DNA of 64,000 bases from an uncultured delta proteobacterium (GTDB lineage: Bacteria > Desulfobacterota > Binatia > UBA9968): the NCBI GenBank assembly GCA_963737905.1, contig CAVTUQ010000022.1, positions 32,001-96,000 of the forward strand, given 5' to 3'. Positions within the stretch are counted from its first letter, which is position 1; every line of letters starts with the position of its first letter. A model generated the notes under the pieces. The model was not told where the DNA came from, searched no databases, and was given only the letters and a program-made list of their open reading frames with translations. Shown here piece after piece: positions 32,352 to 43,649 of this stretch. The position numbers and the translations under genes are program-made.

Positions 32352-34068
32352 ATTCCTCGATATGTTGAGCCTGCTCATCACCGCACGAAAGCCCGGCCAC
32401 AGGGTGGGTTGGCGTCTTGAACGATCGGTTGGGTATGAGGATTTCCTTGCCCGCGTACGAGCGTGGCGAGACCTCCTTCAGCGCAAATCGGGCCAAGCAT
32501 TCGCACTTTACCTCAATGATAGCATTGAGTTCGCTAGTGCGCTGTTTGGAGCTTGGGCGGCCGGTAAGATGATTTACCTTCCTGGCGATACGTTGCCCGC
32601 TACCTGCGCGTACCTCGGTCAAACTGTGCATGGCTATTTGGGCGACTTCTCATCCGAATGGAATCCCATTATGCCGGCAGCGCAATGCGTAAAGGCTCAC
32701 GGTGATGCCTTCGATCGTTTGAGTGGTGACTTTGTCGGTTTGGTGCTCTTCACATCTGGAAGTACCGGTGCGCCGCAAGCCATTCCGAAAAAGCTGTCAC
32801 AGATATCGCGAGAAGTGGCGACCCTTGAAACGCAGTTTGGGGAGTTTTTGGGCGGCGTCGACGTAATAACTACCGTGTCCCATCAACATATTTACGGTCT
32901 GCTCTTCAATGTCTTGTGGCCGCTGACAGCGGGTCGGGCATTACACGCGAGAAGCTTTTCATTTCCGCAGGAGTTAATGGCGGTATTGGCGGAACGCGAT
33001 GGTCTGCTAGTATCCAGCCCGGCTCATCTGAAACGTTTGCCGGAACATCCCGCCTGGGCGATGATGTCGAACCGGTTGCGCGCGGTGTTTTCGTCCGGTG
33101 GACCTCTATCGTTCGACGTTGCCTGTGACGCAAAACGGTTACTGGGTTCCGTGCCGATTGAAGTCTATGGAAGCTCTGAGACGGGTGGCATTGCCTGGCG
33201 TCAGCAACATACGAGCATGGATGAAGCATGGACTCCCATGCCGGGTGTTACGTGTCGTATCGATTCTGAAGGCGTTTTAGAAGTTCGCTCGCCGCATTTA
33301 CCTGACGAAGACTGGTTTCGAACGGCGGACCGTGCCCTATCCCTGGGAGACCACCGTTTCCTGGTCAAGGGACGCGTCGATCGGATTGTCAAAATCGAGG
33401 AAAAGCGGATATCGCTCACTGCGATTGAATCTGAACTGACCGCATCCCCCATGGTGGCTCATGCCCGCGTGATTGTCGTGGAAGGGCGACGCCCGCGGAT
33501 TGCCGCCTTCATCGTGCCGTCGGTGATCGGTCGAAGCAAGCTGGCGGAGCTCGGTAAGTTAGTTTTCAATCGAATGCTGCGCGATAAGCTCGGCCAATCC
33601 GTTGAGCGCGTTGGAATACCCAGGATCTGGCGTTATCTCGATGTTTTGCCAACAAACGCGCAGGGCAAGACAACGCATGCCGACTTGATTGCATTGCTCG
33701 ACGACGAGCAGTCTCGTTCTACACTTCCGCTTCAGTGTCTCCTCGAAAGAGAGGCAGAGCGTGCCGTGCTCCAGCTGAGCGCTCCAAGCGACCTGTGTTA
33801 TTTTGATGGCCATTTTCCCGGCGTGCCGATTCTCGCCGGTGTGGTCCAAATTCATTGGGTGATTGCTTACGGGCGACAATGTTTTGATTTGCCGCCAGTC
33901 TTTCGGGGAATCCACGCGCTGAAATTTCAGCGTATAATCGGGCCAGAAAAGCCGTTTACAGTAGAGCTTATCCATGAGCCCGCGAAGTCATGCTTGTCCT
34001 TCAAGATCACTTCGTCAGTCGGCACGCATACCAGCGGAAGAGTAATGTTTGGACCGGCGGATGTTTAA
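32344..34068 (+). CDS. AMP-dependent acyl-ACP synthetase fused to a hotdog dehydratase (ApeH plus ApeI-like)
   Basis: FTSGSTGAP, VYGSSETGGIA; C-terminal YFDGHFPGVPILAGVVQ. Confidence 0.9.
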   Translation: MPEFLDMLSLLITARKPGHRVGWRLERSVGYEDFLARVRAWRDLLQRKSGQAFALYLNDSIEFASALFGAWAAGKMIYLPGDTLPATCAYLGQTVHGYLGDFSSEWNPIMPAAQCVKAHGDAFDRLSGDFVGLVLFTSGSTGAPQAIPKKLSQISREVATLETQFGEFLGGVDVITTVSHQHIYGLLFNVLWPLTAGRALHARSFSFPQELMAVLAERDGLLVSSPAHLKRLPEHPAWAMMSNRLRAVFSSGGPLSFDVACDAKRLLGSVPIEVYGSSETGGIAWRQQHTSMDEAWTPMPGVTCRIDSEGVLEVRSPHLPDEDWFRTADRALSLGDHRFLVKGRVDRIVKIEEKRISLTAIESELTASPMVAHARVIVVEGRRPRIAAFIVPSVIGRSKLAELGKLVFNRMLRDKLGQSVERVGIPRIWRYLDVLPTNAQGKTTHADLIALLDDEQSRSTLPLQCLLEREAERAVLQLSAPSDLCYFDGHFPGVPILAGVVQIHWVIAYGRQCFDLPPVFRGIHALKFQRIIGPEKPFTVELIHEPAKSCLSFKITSSVGTHTSGRVMFGPADV

Positions 34069-34804
34069 ACCCTGTGTAGTAATCCCGGTTTACAACCATG
34101 AACATGCGATCGATGCCGTAGTTCGTGGGGTCCTTGCACAGAACTTGTCGTGCATACTCGTGGATGACGGCAGTTCATCGGGATGCGCTCGCATGCTTGA
34201 TGTGCTGGTTGCCGGCGCGCCGACACAGATCACCTTGATTCGGCATCCGGTCAATCGCGGCAAAGGGAGCGCCGTGCTTACGGGTGTCAGATACGCTATT
34301 CAGGCGGGTTATACTCACGCGCTCCAGATTGATGCCGACGGCCAGCACCGGGTATCCGATATTTCGCGTTTTCTGGAGCAAGCAGCCGCACGTCCACAGG
34401 CGCTCATTGTCGGTTGCGCGGAGTACGGAGCCACAGTGCCCTGGGTCCGGTTTTACGCCCGGTATTTAAATCATGTTTGGGTTTGGATTAATACGTTGTC
34501 GCTGCAAATCAAGGATTCGATGTGCGGCTTTCGGGTCTACCCGCTTGCGCCTATCATCGCACTAGACCAGCGGCAGAAGTTGGGCGCGCGGATGAATTTT
34601 GATGTCGAAGTACTGGTCCGACTATATTGGGACGGACTGGAAATTATCAACGTTCCGACACCGGTCAGCTATCCCAGCGATGGGGTCTCGCATTTTCGGC
34701 TCGTGTTGGATAATTTCCTAATTTCGCGAATGCACACGATCTTATTCTTCGGCATGTTGTTGCGCCTGTCAATGCTAATCGCGCGCCATCGGAGGTCTCG
34801 ATGA
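34061..34804 (+). CDS. GT2 glycosyltransferase (ApeJ N-terminal half-like)
   Basis: VIPVYNH, VDDGS, NRGKG, QIDADGQH, DSMCGFR. Confidence 0.92.
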   Translation: MFKPCVVIPVYNHEHAIDAVVRGVLAQNLSCILVDDGSSSGCARMLDVLVAGAPTQITLIRHPVNRGKGSAVLTGVRYAIQAGYTHALQIDADGQHRVSDISRFLEQAAARPQALIVGCAEYGATVPWVRFYARYLNHVWVWINTLSLQIKDSMCGFRVYPLAPIIALDQRQKLGARMNFDVEVLVRLYWDGLEIINVPTPVSYPSDGVSHFRLVLDNFLISRMHTILFFGMLLRLSMLIARHRRSR

Positions 34805-35769
34805 CGCAGCCCTTGTTGGAGACAAGGCGGCAACATTGGGCGCAAATTAACGAGTTTAGCTCTGTTGCCGGTATGCGCCTGCTGTTTTTGATCTGTCGTA
34901 TACTGGGGCGTTGGCCGTTTCGTGTTGTGCTGTACCCGGTCTTGCTCTGGTACATGGTCACCAAACCGGAGGCGCGAGCCTCATCGAGTGATTACCTTAG
35001 ACGGTTCGCTGCGTTTCAGGGTGCTTTGCTGATTAGACCTGGCTGGGTCACCGTGTTGCGTCACTTTGCGTCATTTGCCGAGAATCTGCTTGACAAGATG
35101 CTACTGTGGACTGGATCGTTCAAAACCGATCGTGTTGAGTTTAACGGCCGGGAACTAATGGTTGCTCAAATGGCTGCGCAGCGCGGTGGCCTGCTAATTT
35201 GCTCTCATCTGGGCAATCTGGATTTGTGTCGGGTGCTGTCCAAGCGGGTTGCATTAAAACTGACGGTGCTGGTCCATACAAAACACGCAGAGAGATTCAA
35301 TCGTTTGTTGGCGCAACTTGACCCCGAGAGTCAGCTCAATCTCATGCAGGTGACCGAGGTGTCTCCAGCGACAGCCGTGATGCTATCCGAGAAAGTCCGG
35401 CGCGGTGAATTCGTTGCGATCGCTGGCGATCGCATTCCCGTGTCATCAAACCCTCGGGTTGCTATGGCCAAATTCCTCGGAGAGATCGCACCCTTCCCAG
35501 TTGGGCCATACATTCTGGCGAGCCTGCTGCGTTGTCCGGTTTATCTGCTGTTTTCCCTCCGCACCGGGGACACTTCGGAAATTCACTTCGAGCTGTTCCG
35601 TGAGTCGATTCATCTACCCCGCAAGGGTCGGGATGAAGTACTCGCTGGACTTGTGGGAGAATATGCCCGTCGGCTGGAGCATTTCTGCTTGCGGGCGCCA
35701 CTGCAATGGTTCAATTTTTACGATTTTTGGCATTTACCCACGTTGGACACGCCTGATGCACCCCGCTGA
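34801..35769 (+). CDS. LpxL-like acyltransferase (ApeJ C-terminal half-like)
   Basis: CSHLGNLD, IAGDR, PLQWFNFYDFW. Confidence 0.9.
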   Translation: MTQPLLETRRQHWAQINEFSSVAGMRLLFLICRILGRWPFRVVLYPVLLWYMVTKPEARASSSDYLRRFAAFQGALLIRPGWVTVLRHFASFAENLLDKMLLWTGSFKTDRVEFNGRELMVAQMAAQRGGLLICSHLGNLDLCRVLSKRVALKLTVLVHTKHAERFNRLLAQLDPESQLNLMQVTEVSPATAVMLSEKVRRGEFVAIAGDRIPVSSNPRVAMAKFLGEIAPFPVGPYILASLLRCPVYLLFSLRTGDTSEIHFELFRESIHLPRKGRDEVLAGLVGEYARRLEHFCLRAPLQWFNFYDFWHLPTLDTPDAPR

Positions 35770-37320
35770 CCTGAAGAACCCAACCTCAGCCCGTACGATT
35801 GAATTTGACAATGGACCGCTGAAAATCGAGGACATTGTGGACATCGCGGAAAGGCTCGGCTAACGTCATGCTGTCCGATGCTACTGAATTTCGATCTGCC
35901 ATTGCGCGAGGGGCGGACTTTGTGGAACGTCTGTTGCGCGAAAAGGGCACGATCTATGGTGTCACCACCGGCTACGGCGATTCGTGCACCGTGCCGGTCC
36001 CGCTTGAGCTGGTCGCCGAGTTGCCGCGCCAGCTCTATATCTATCACGGCTGTGGACTGGGCGAGTATTTGAGTCCGGTACAGACGCGCGCCGTGATCGC
36101 AACCCGCCTCACGTCGTTGTCCAAAGGGTTCTCTGGCGTCAGTCTGGAACTGCTGCAACAGATGGTGAGGTTACTGCAGTGCGATTTATTGCCATTGATT
36201 CCATCTGAAGGCTCAGTGGGTGCCAGCGGCGATCTCACTCCGCTATCGTACCTCGCTGCTGTTTTGTGCGGCGAGGGTGAAGTTTGGCGCAACGGCGTCC
36301 AGGTAGGCGCCGCGCAGGCACTGTCTGAGGCTGGTGTCACACCACTGCGACTCCGGCCAAAAGAAGGACTGGCCATCATGAACGGGACGGCGGTCATGAC
36401 CGCTTTGGCGTGCATTGCTTACGTGCGCGCCGATTATCTCACCCGGCTAGTCACTCGCATCACTGCTTTGGCGTCGTTTGCGCTTGACGGCAATGCGCAC
36501 CATTTCGATGCCACGTTATTCTCAGTGAAGCCGCATCCAGGCCTGCAGCGCGTGGCCGGCTGGCTGCGTCAAGACTTGCCGTGCGATCGGCTGGAGCCCA
36601 ACGGAAAGCGCCTGCAGGATCGCTATTCGATCCGCTGCGCGCCCCACGTGATCGGTGTTCTCGCTGACGCGCTGCCCTGGTTGCGCGAGTCCATCGAAAA
36701 TGAACTCAACAGCGCCAACGACAATCCCATCGTCGATGCGGAAGGCGAAAGCGTCCTGTATGGCGGTCATTTTTACGGCGGGCATATCGCGTTTGCTATG
36801 GACAGCATGAAAAATGCCGTCGCAAACCTGGCGGATCTGCTTGACCGGCAGATGGCACTGCTGGTGGATAGCCGGTACAACAATGGTTTGCCGGCCAACT
36901 TGTCTGGGGTTCAAGGGCCACGTGCAGCGATCAATCATGGGCTCAAGGCGTTGCAGATCGGCGCTTCGGCATGGACAGCGGAGGCGCTCAAGTTGACCAT
37001 GCCGGCATCGGTGTTCTCGCGTTCGACGGAGTGCCACAACCAGGACAAAGTCAGCATGGGTACCATTGCGGCACGCGATTGTTTGCGTGTGCTCGAATTG
37101 GTGGAGCAAGTCGTTGCGGCGCTGCTGATCGCTGTTCGTCAAGGAGTCTGGCTCCGTTGCAGAGTGAATCGATCCGTGGCTCCGGGGGCGGCATTGAAGA
37201 CGCATGATGGACGCCCTGAATACCGATATCAACGTGATCGAGGAAGATCGTCGACTGGAGCCGGATTTGCGACTACTACTGGAGCGGATCCGTGGCCGCG
37301 TCTGGAAACTGTATGAGTAA
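35756..37320 (+). CDS. MIO-dependent aromatic amino acid ammonia-lyase (frameshifts near 35850 and 37200)
   Basis: IYGVTTGYG, GSVGASGDL (ASG/MIO), KEGLAIMNGT, QDRYSIRC, HNQDKVSMG. Confidence 0.92.
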
Positions 37321-37742
37321 GTTACCGAGTCGGCTGGTCTGCCGAGGCCGAGATACAAGTTCAGTTTTTTGATCTCGATCCCATGGAAGTTGTTTGGCAT
37401 GGCCACTATGTCAAATACCTGGAAGTTGCGCGTTGCGCCTTACTCGATACGATCGATTACAACTACACTCAGATGAAAGCGTCGGGTTATGTGTGGCCAG
37501 TGATCGATATGCACCTGCGTTATATCGATTCGGCCACGTTTGGGCAGCGGCTCAAGCTGCGTGCCGAGGTTGTCGAGTGGGAAAACCGTCTCAAGATCGA
37601 TTATCTGATCACCGATGCCGCCAGCGGACGCCGGCTCCTCCGTGCCAGCACGACGCAAGTTGCCGTCGATATGACGACGCGGGAGATGTGCTTTGTATCC
37701 CCGGCGGTACTATTTCAAAAATTAAGAATTTCACAACCATGA
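37313..37742 (+). CDS. Acyl-CoA thioesterase, 4HBT-like (ApeK-like; frameshift near the 5' end)
   Basis: FFDLDPMEVVWHGHYVKYLEVAR. Confidence 0.9.
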
Positions 37743-38342
37743 AATTTTGGTTCATGGCCTGTAGTTTGGTGTTTGCCTCGATGCCGCTGTGGGCCGCCGC
37801 CCCGGTAGAAGAAATTCAATCGATGCTAGCCAAGCCGAAGGTGTTATGCGGGCACTTCGACCAGACGAAGCAACTAACAGGATTGAAAAAGCCGATGGTT
37901 TCAAACGGCCGCTTCTGCGTGGTTGCCGACAAAGGGGTATTATGGCGGACCTTGCAGCCGTTCCCCACTACTGTGCGGCTCACACGCGATGAAATCGTCC
38001 ATCTGCAAGGAGACCGAGTGACGATGCGGCTTGACGCGAAACAAGAGCCAGCGGTGCGAATGATCAACGGCGTCTTGTTCGCCTTGTTGGCGGGCGATCT
38101 GGGCGAAATCGAAAAACTGTTCGAGGTCGACGGCGCCATTCAGGACCATAGCTGGAGGGTGACCCTCAAAGCGCGCGAGCCGGCCTTGGCGAGGGCCATC
38201 TCCAGCGTCGCGCTTGAAGGCGGCGCGCATGTTAAGAACATCACAATCAGCGAGACGAGCGGCGACCGCACCCAGCATCGTGTTCTCTAAGATCCAGACG
38301 GGTGACGGCGCGATGAGTGTTGATGAGGCGGCTTTGTTTTGA
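37739..38342 (+). CDS. LolA-like lipoprotein carrier (ApeL-like; frameshift near 38270)
   Basis: Signal peptide; GHFDQTKQLTGLKKPMVSNGRF..GVLWRTLQPF; SGDRT. Confidence 0.85.
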
Positions 38343-40678
38343 GCCAGCGCGTGGTGCTTGCCTGGGTGTGGGCGTTGGTTGTCTGTTTGTTACTGGCCCA
38401 TAACGCTTATCTATGGCTTCGTGGGCGCATCGCCCCCGACAGCGATATTCTCGCGCTCTTGCCGGTGCAAGAGCGCGATCCTGTGCTCCAGCAGGCCTTC
38501 ACCCGCATGGTCGATTCAGGTCAGCAGCGACTGATCGTACTTATGGGCGCAGAGGACTGGGCGGCGGCTTACCGCGCTGCCGACGCCTACGACCGTGTGC
38601 TGGCGGGGCGTTCTGACCTGCTGCAAGCTGCCGATCCTATGACCGGTCAACGTGAATCGATGGCATCGTTTCAATCGCATCGGCTCAACCTACTTACGCC
38701 ACAAGCCGAAGCGGATTTGCGAAGCCAACCCAAACAGTATTGGACGGATATCGCATTGGCCAAGCTATATAGCCCGTTCGCTGGATTTCAGTTGGGCGCT
38801 TGGCGGGACGATCCGTTCGGTCTGTTTGGCCGCTGGGTTCAAGCCCGTGCCCAAGAGACGCCGGTGCGGCCGCGTGATGGCCGACTCTTTGTTAGTGGCC
38901 TCCAGCGTCAATATGTGGTGATGCCGTTCGCCCTGCGCGTCCCGGCGTTTTCAATGGAGGCTCAGCAGGCGGTCATGCCCTTGTTGGAGCAAGCCCGACA
39001 CGCCGCGAAAAAAGCGGTTCCGCAAGTCGAGGTCATAGTCGCGGGCGTGATTCTCCACGCCGCTGCTGCCGGTGACCAGGCGAGACACGAAATGTCCACC
39101 ATCGGTATCGGTTCGAGCGTCGGCGTCGTCTTACTGATATGGGTTACGTTTCGCCGGCTCTATCCGATAGCGATGATCCTGTTATCGATTAGTGTGGGCT
39201 GTCTCGGCGCGCTATCCGTGTGCTCATGGCTGTTTGGCCGGCTGCATATGTTAACTCTGGTATTCGGCGCTAGCCTCGTTGGCGTTGCTCAAGACTATGG
39301 GATTTACTTCCTGTGCCATCGGCTCGGCGTGGCGGCACAGCTTGATTCAGGACAATTGTTGCGGCGACTGTTGCCGGGATTGGTATTGACATTGGTCACG
39401 ACGCTCATCGGCTATTTCGGACTGCTATTGGCGCCGTTCCCCGGCTTGCAGCAGATGGCGGTATTTTCTACCGTCGGATTAATATTTGCCTGGCTGACGG
39501 TAGTGTTTTGGTTTCCTATACGGGCGTATCCCAGCGCGCCTAAAGGCGCGCGACTGGTGCAATGGTATACCGACAGTTTAGCGCGCTGGCCGGTTCTGTG
39601 CGTCAATCGATCAACACTGTTGGTGGCCGTGTTGTTCATCGCTTTCGCGGTTTTTGGCTTCTGGCGATTGGATTTCAACGATGATATCCGTTTGTTGCAC
39701 AACCCGCCAAAAAACTTGATCGACGACCAAGTTAAACTGAGCCGCCTGTTAGATACTCCATCGCCGGTCCAATTTTATATCGTCCGTGGCACTACGCCTG
39801 AAGTGGTTCTGCAGCGTGAGGAAATGCTCAAGCAGCGGCTAGATCCGCTGATCGAAGAGCACATCATCAGCGGCTATCAAGCCAGCTCAAACTGGGTGCC
39901 GTCCCTTCGAGCCCAGACGACACACCGCCAACTGGTCGAAGAGACGTTATTGAACGAAGATGGGCCACTGAGGGCGCTGGCCCTACGGATCGGCGAGAAC
40001 GGTGGATGGGTCGCCGCCACACGGCAGCACTTACTTACTTCAGCATTGACACTGACCCCGGACGATTTCCTGAAAACTCCAGCTAGCGAACCCTGGCGCC
40101 ATCTTTGGCTCGGTCAGATGGAGGGTGGTTATTCTAGCATTGTCGCGTTGCGTGGATTGAACAAGACCGGCTTGCCCGTATTGCAGTATGCCGCCGCGGG
40201 ACTTGAAGGCGTGCGATGGGTAGATCAGGTCCACGAAATTTCATCTGTGCTCGGCCGCTATCGCAAATATATGAGCTGGGTGGTCCTATTCTCTTACATG
40301 GCTGTGTATTGCTTGTTGTTCCCACGCTATCGTAGCGCCGCTTGGCGCGCGCTCACACCCACCGCACTAGCGAGTGTCGCCACGCTCGCGCTGCTGGGAA
40401 TGGCTGGTCATAGCCTGCAGTTGTTCCATATGTTGGCCTTGATGCTGATAATGGGAATCGGGGTCGATTACGGTATTTTTCTCCAGGAGAATTCGACTCA
40501 CTGCCACCAAGCCGGATGGCTCGCGACGGGTTTGTCGGCATTGAGTACCCTGCTTTCCTTCGGCCTGCTTGGTTTGAGCAAGACGCCTGCACTGCAAGCG
40601 TTCGGCCTAACCATGTCAATCGGTATAGCCACGGTTTGGTTGGTCGTTCCATGCTTTAGGAATGACCCAACACAGTAA
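38339..40678 (+). CDS. MMPL-family transporter (ApeM-like)
   Basis: Duplicated TM blocks, GASLVGVAQDYG and GIGVDYGIF. Confidence 0.9.
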   Translation: MSQRVVLAWVWALVVCLLLAHNAYLWLRGRIAPDSDILALLPVQERDPVLQQAFTRMVDSGQQRLIVLMGAEDWAAAYRAADAYDRVLAGRSDLLQAADPMTGQRESMASFQSHRLNLLTPQAEADLRSQPKQYWTDIALAKLYSPFAGFQLGAWRDDPFGLFGRWVQARAQETPVRPRDGRLFVSGLQRQYVVMPFALRVPAFSMEAQQAVMPLLEQARHAAKKAVPQVEVIVAGVILHAAAAGDQARHEMSTIGIGSSVGVVLLIWVTFRRLYPIAMILLSISVGCLGALSVCSWLFGRLHMLTLVFGASLVGVAQDYGIYFLCHRLGVAAQLDSGQLLRRLLPGLVLTLVTTLIGYFGLLLAPFPGLQQMAVFSTVGLIFAWLTVVFWFPIRAYPSAPKGARLVQWYTDSLARWPVLCVNRSTLLVAVLFIAFAVFGFWRLDFNDDIRLLHNPPKNLIDDQVKLSRLLDTPSPVQFYIVRGTTPEVVLQREEMLKQRLDPLIEEHIISGYQASSNWVPSLRAQTTHRQLVEETLLNEDGPLRALALRIGENGGWVAATRQHLLTSALTLTPDDFLKTPASEPWRHLWLGQMEGGYSSIVALRGLNKTGLPVLQYAAAGLEGVRWVDQVHEISSVLGRYRKYMSWVVLFSYMAVYCLLFPRYRSAAWRALTPTALASVATLALLGMAGHSLQLFHMLALMLIMGIGVDYGIFLQENSTHCHQAGWLATGLSALSTLLSFGLLGLSKTPALQAFGLTMSIGIATVWLVVPCFRNDPTQ

Positions 40679-40725
40679 ATGAATATAGAACAGAACCAAC
40701 CGGTGCTTGGCGACGCGGAGGAACT

Positions 40726-41286
40726 ATGCTACCAGGAGTGATCCGGAGTCTTGTCGCATTTGGGTTCTTCGCTCTGTGGCTTAGTGGTTGTGCGACCTCA
40801 GGATCTCACCCCGCTCGGCTTGGACTGAAGCTGCCGCCGGCGTCGCTGGGTTCATCGATTACCTTGCAGCAACATCTCACTGTGGAGCGAGGGGCGCATA
40901 TAGACGAGCTGGACGCGGCGTTGGAAATCGATCCGCAGCGCCTTGACCTGGTTGGGCTCGCACTCGGCCAGCGCGTGCTGACGCTGCATTATGATGGGGA
41001 GAAGCTCCAGTCCTGGCGGCACTCGATGCTACCGGCTCAACTGCGTGACGAAGATGTGTTGGAAGATCTTCAACTCACAATTTGGCCCGTTGACGCTATT
41101 CGGCCAGCCTTGCCGGCTGGCTGGCGCATTGAAGAAAGCGGTTTGCGCCGTACGCTCCTAAGAAACGATATGCCGGTAATGGTGATCGACTATAGTGGTC
41201 AGCCGCGCTGGATCGGGAAAATAGAATTATCCAATCTGCAGTACCACTACCGGCTGACTATTCGGTCGGTTTCTAGCGGTCCTTGA
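40726..41286 (+). CDS. DUF3261 lipoprotein (ApeN-like)
   Basis: Lipobox LSGC; VLEDLQLTIWP..LPAGW; YRLTIRS. Confidence 0.85.
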   Translation: MLPGVIRSLVAFGFFALWLSGCATSGSHPARLGLKLPPASLGSSITLQQHLTVERGAHIDELDAALEIDPQRLDLVGLALGQRVLTLHYDGEKLQSWRHSMLPAQLRDEDVLEDLQLTIWPVDAIRPALPAGWRIEESGLRRTLLRNDMPVMVIDYSGQPRWIGKIELSNLQYHYRLTIRSVSSGP

Positions 41287-42473
41287 GCATGCTTTATCTT
41301 AATCAACTGGGAATGATCTGCCCATTGGGCCACACGCGTGATGAGATACGGCGGCGGATGCTGGATCGTTCGCAAAGTGGCGTTGCAATGACGGACACCT
41401 ATTCGCCCGGGCACCCGTTGCCGCTCGGCGCGGTCGATACCACACGCCAACTTCCACCGTTAGACCAATTGCCTTTGGATCATCGTAGCCGCAACAATCA
41501 GCTTGCATTGGGAGCGCTGATTGAGATCCGAGCGGCGGTAGAGGCGGCCATCGAACGCTATGGTGCCGGCCGGATCGGCATTGTGATCGGTACGAGTACG
41601 TCGGGAATTGCAAACAGCGAATCGGCATTGCGCCAATATGTCACGACGGGCGTATTACCGGAGCAATTTCATTATGGTCAGCAGGAATTGGGTTCCCCCG
41701 CGGCTATGCTAGCCGCCACGCTCGGCGTTGGCGGGCCAGCTTATGTTCATTCGAGCGCCTGCGCGTCGAGCTCGAAAGCGCTCGCCAGTGCCGCTCGTTT
41801 GATCCGGATGGGTGCTTGCGATGCGGTTCTAACGGGCGGGGTGGATTCACTGTGCGCTTTCACCGTCGCCGGATTCAAAGCGCTTGAATCGATCAGTGAG
41901 ACCCAATGCAACCCGCTCAGCCGGAACCGTAACGGCATCAATATTGGGGAGGGGGCTGCGTTGTTTCTGATGAGCACTGAGCCGGCCGTGGTTGCCCTGC
42001 GCGGTTGGGGCGAGTCGTCCGACGGTTATCACATGTCGGCGCCCGATCCTGCCGGCGTGGGCGCCCGACTGGCGATCGAGCGTGCTTTGGCGCGGGCGTA
42101 TATTCCAGCCGCAAAGATCGATTATGTGAATCTGCATGGCACCGGGACGTTACAAAATGATGCGATGGAATCGCGAGTGATTCATGCGCTGTTCGGCGGC
42201 GCGGTTCCAGTTAGCTCAACCAAGCCGTTTACCGGCCACGCGCTGGGTGCGGCTGGTGCCATTGAGGCCGGATTATGCTGGTTGGCGATGCAGGATGAAA
42301 ATCCTGAGGGAAAGCTGCCACCTCATCTGTGGGATGGTGTGCCCGATCCCGACTTGCCGGCGTTGAGTGTGGCTGAACCTGGAAGCAGTCTCGGGCACCC
42401 GTTGCGTTGGGTCTTGAGCAATTCGTTTGCCTTCGGCGGTGCGAACGCAACGCTCGTGCTTGCGAGGGAGTGA
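41283..42473 (+). CDS. Beta-ketoacyl-ACP synthase (ApeO-like)
   Basis: SACASS, NLHGTGT, GHALGAAG, SFAFGG. Confidence 0.93.
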   Translation: MSMLYLNQLGMICPLGHTRDEIRRRMLDRSQSGVAMTDTYSPGHPLPLGAVDTTRQLPPLDQLPLDHRSRNNQLALGALIEIRAAVEAAIERYGAGRIGIVIGTSTSGIANSESALRQYVTTGVLPEQFHYGQQELGSPAAMLAATLGVGGPAYVHSSACASSSKALASAARLIRMGACDAVLTGGVDSLCAFTVAGFKALESISETQCNPLSRNRNGINIGEGAALFLMSTEPAVVALRGWGESSDGYHMSAPDPAGVGARLAIERALARAYIPAAKIDYVNLHGTGTLQNDAMESRVIHALFGGAVPVSSTKPFTGHALGAAGAIEAGLCWLAMQDENPEGKLPPHLWDGVPDPDLPALSVAEPGSSLGHPLRWVLSNSFAFGGANATLVLARE

Positions 42474-42474
42474 T

Positions 42475-42927
42475 ATGGCCATTCCGGACGTCCGATCGCT
42501 GGTTCCGCACGCAGGTCCGATGGTAATGCTTGATCGCGTCATCTCAGTCGACGAAGAGAGCTTGTGCGCTGAAGTCGGCATTAGGTCGGACACTTTGTTT
42601 TGTGGCCCTGACGGCGTCGGTACCTGGGTTGGGATTGAATATATGGCGCAGGGGATCGCGGCATGGGCGGGGTATAACGCCCAATTGCGTGGGGAGCCGA
42701 TCAAACTTGGATTTTTGCTGGGAACCAGGCGTTATGAATGCAGTCGGCCGAATTTTGTGTTGGGCAGCTTGCTGCGGGTTCATGTCCGGCGTCTATTTCA
42801 GAGCGAAAATGGGTTGGGTTCGTTTGAGTGCTACATCGACAATGAGGAAGGGCGGGTCGCCACAGCCACCGTCACCGTGTTTCAGCCCCCCAATGTAGAC
42901 GATTTCGTCAAGGGTGGATCGGAATGA
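42475..42927 (+). CDS. Hotdog dehydratase (ApeP-like)
   Basis: LVPHAGPMVMLD, IEYMAQ, LGFLLGTR. Confidence 0.9.
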   Translation: MAIPDVRSLVPHAGPMVMLDRVISVDEESLCAEVGIRSDTLFCGPDGVGTWVGIEYMAQGIAAWAGYNAQLRGEPIKLGFLLGTRRYECSRPNFVLGSLLRVHVRRLFQSENGLGSFECYIDNEEGRVATATVTVFQPPNVDDFVKGGSE

Positions 42928-43649
42928 GAAAAAGTGTTTTGGTGACCGGTTCGAGTCGAGGTCTCGGGAAAGCCATCGCTCTGCGCCTCGCGCGCGACGA
43001 TTACGACATCGTGCTCCATTGTCGCAGCCGGCGTGAGGAGGCCGATAACGTAGCCCGGTCCATCGTTGCCTTAGGGCGGCAAGTCCGTGTTTTGCAATTT
43101 GATGTCGGCGAGCGTCAAGCCACTGCCATGGCATTAAAGGTCGATATCGAGCAGCATGGCTGCTATTACGGCGTGGTTTGCAACGCCGGGATCGCGCGCG
43201 ACAATGCGTTTCCCGCCATGTCCGGTGAAGACTGGGATGTTGTACTAAAGACCAATCTCGACGGTTTCTATAATGTGCTCAATCCATTGATTATGCCGAT
43301 GGTGCGCCGCCGCGCTCCGGGGCGCATCGTAACTTTGACGTCGGTTTCCGGTCTGATCGGCAATCGTGGTCAAGTCAACTACAGCGCGGCCAAGGCAGGG
43401 ATTATCGGCGCTTCCAAGGCGCTGGCACTGGAGCTGGCCAAGCGCGAGATTACGGTGAATTGCGTTGCGCCGGGTTTGATTGAAACCGAAATGACAAGAG
43501 ATGTACAATTGGAAGAAGTGCTCAAGTTGGTACCTGCACGCCGTATCGGCAAGCCGGAGGAAGTGGCGGGGGTAGTGAGGTTTCTGCTTACAGAGGAGGC
43601 GGCTTATATTACTCGCCAAGTGATCTCCGTCAACGGTGGATTGATATGA
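42924..43649 (+). CDS. fabG: 3-oxoacyl-ACP reductase (FabG/ApeQ-like)
   Basis: TGSSRGLG, CNAG, YSAAK. Confidence 0.92.
   Translation: MRKSVLVTGSSRGLGKAIALRLARDDYDIVLHCRSRREEADNVARSIVALGRQVRVLQFDVGERQATAMALKVDIEQHGCYYGVVCNAGIARDNAFPAMSGEDWDVVLKTNLDGFYNVLNPLIMPMVRRRAPGRIVTLTSVSGLIGNRGQVNYSAAKAGIIGASKALALELAKREITVNCVAPGLIETEMTRDVQLEEVLKLVPARRIGKPEEVAGVVRFLLTEEAAYITRQVISVNGGLI

Noticed and set aside
36522-37406. 294-aa minus-strand ORF and other long antisense ORFs (for example 7043-7654, 47984-48745, 55929-56585)
   Set aside because: They shadow well-supported genes on the opposite strand and have no recognisable motifs
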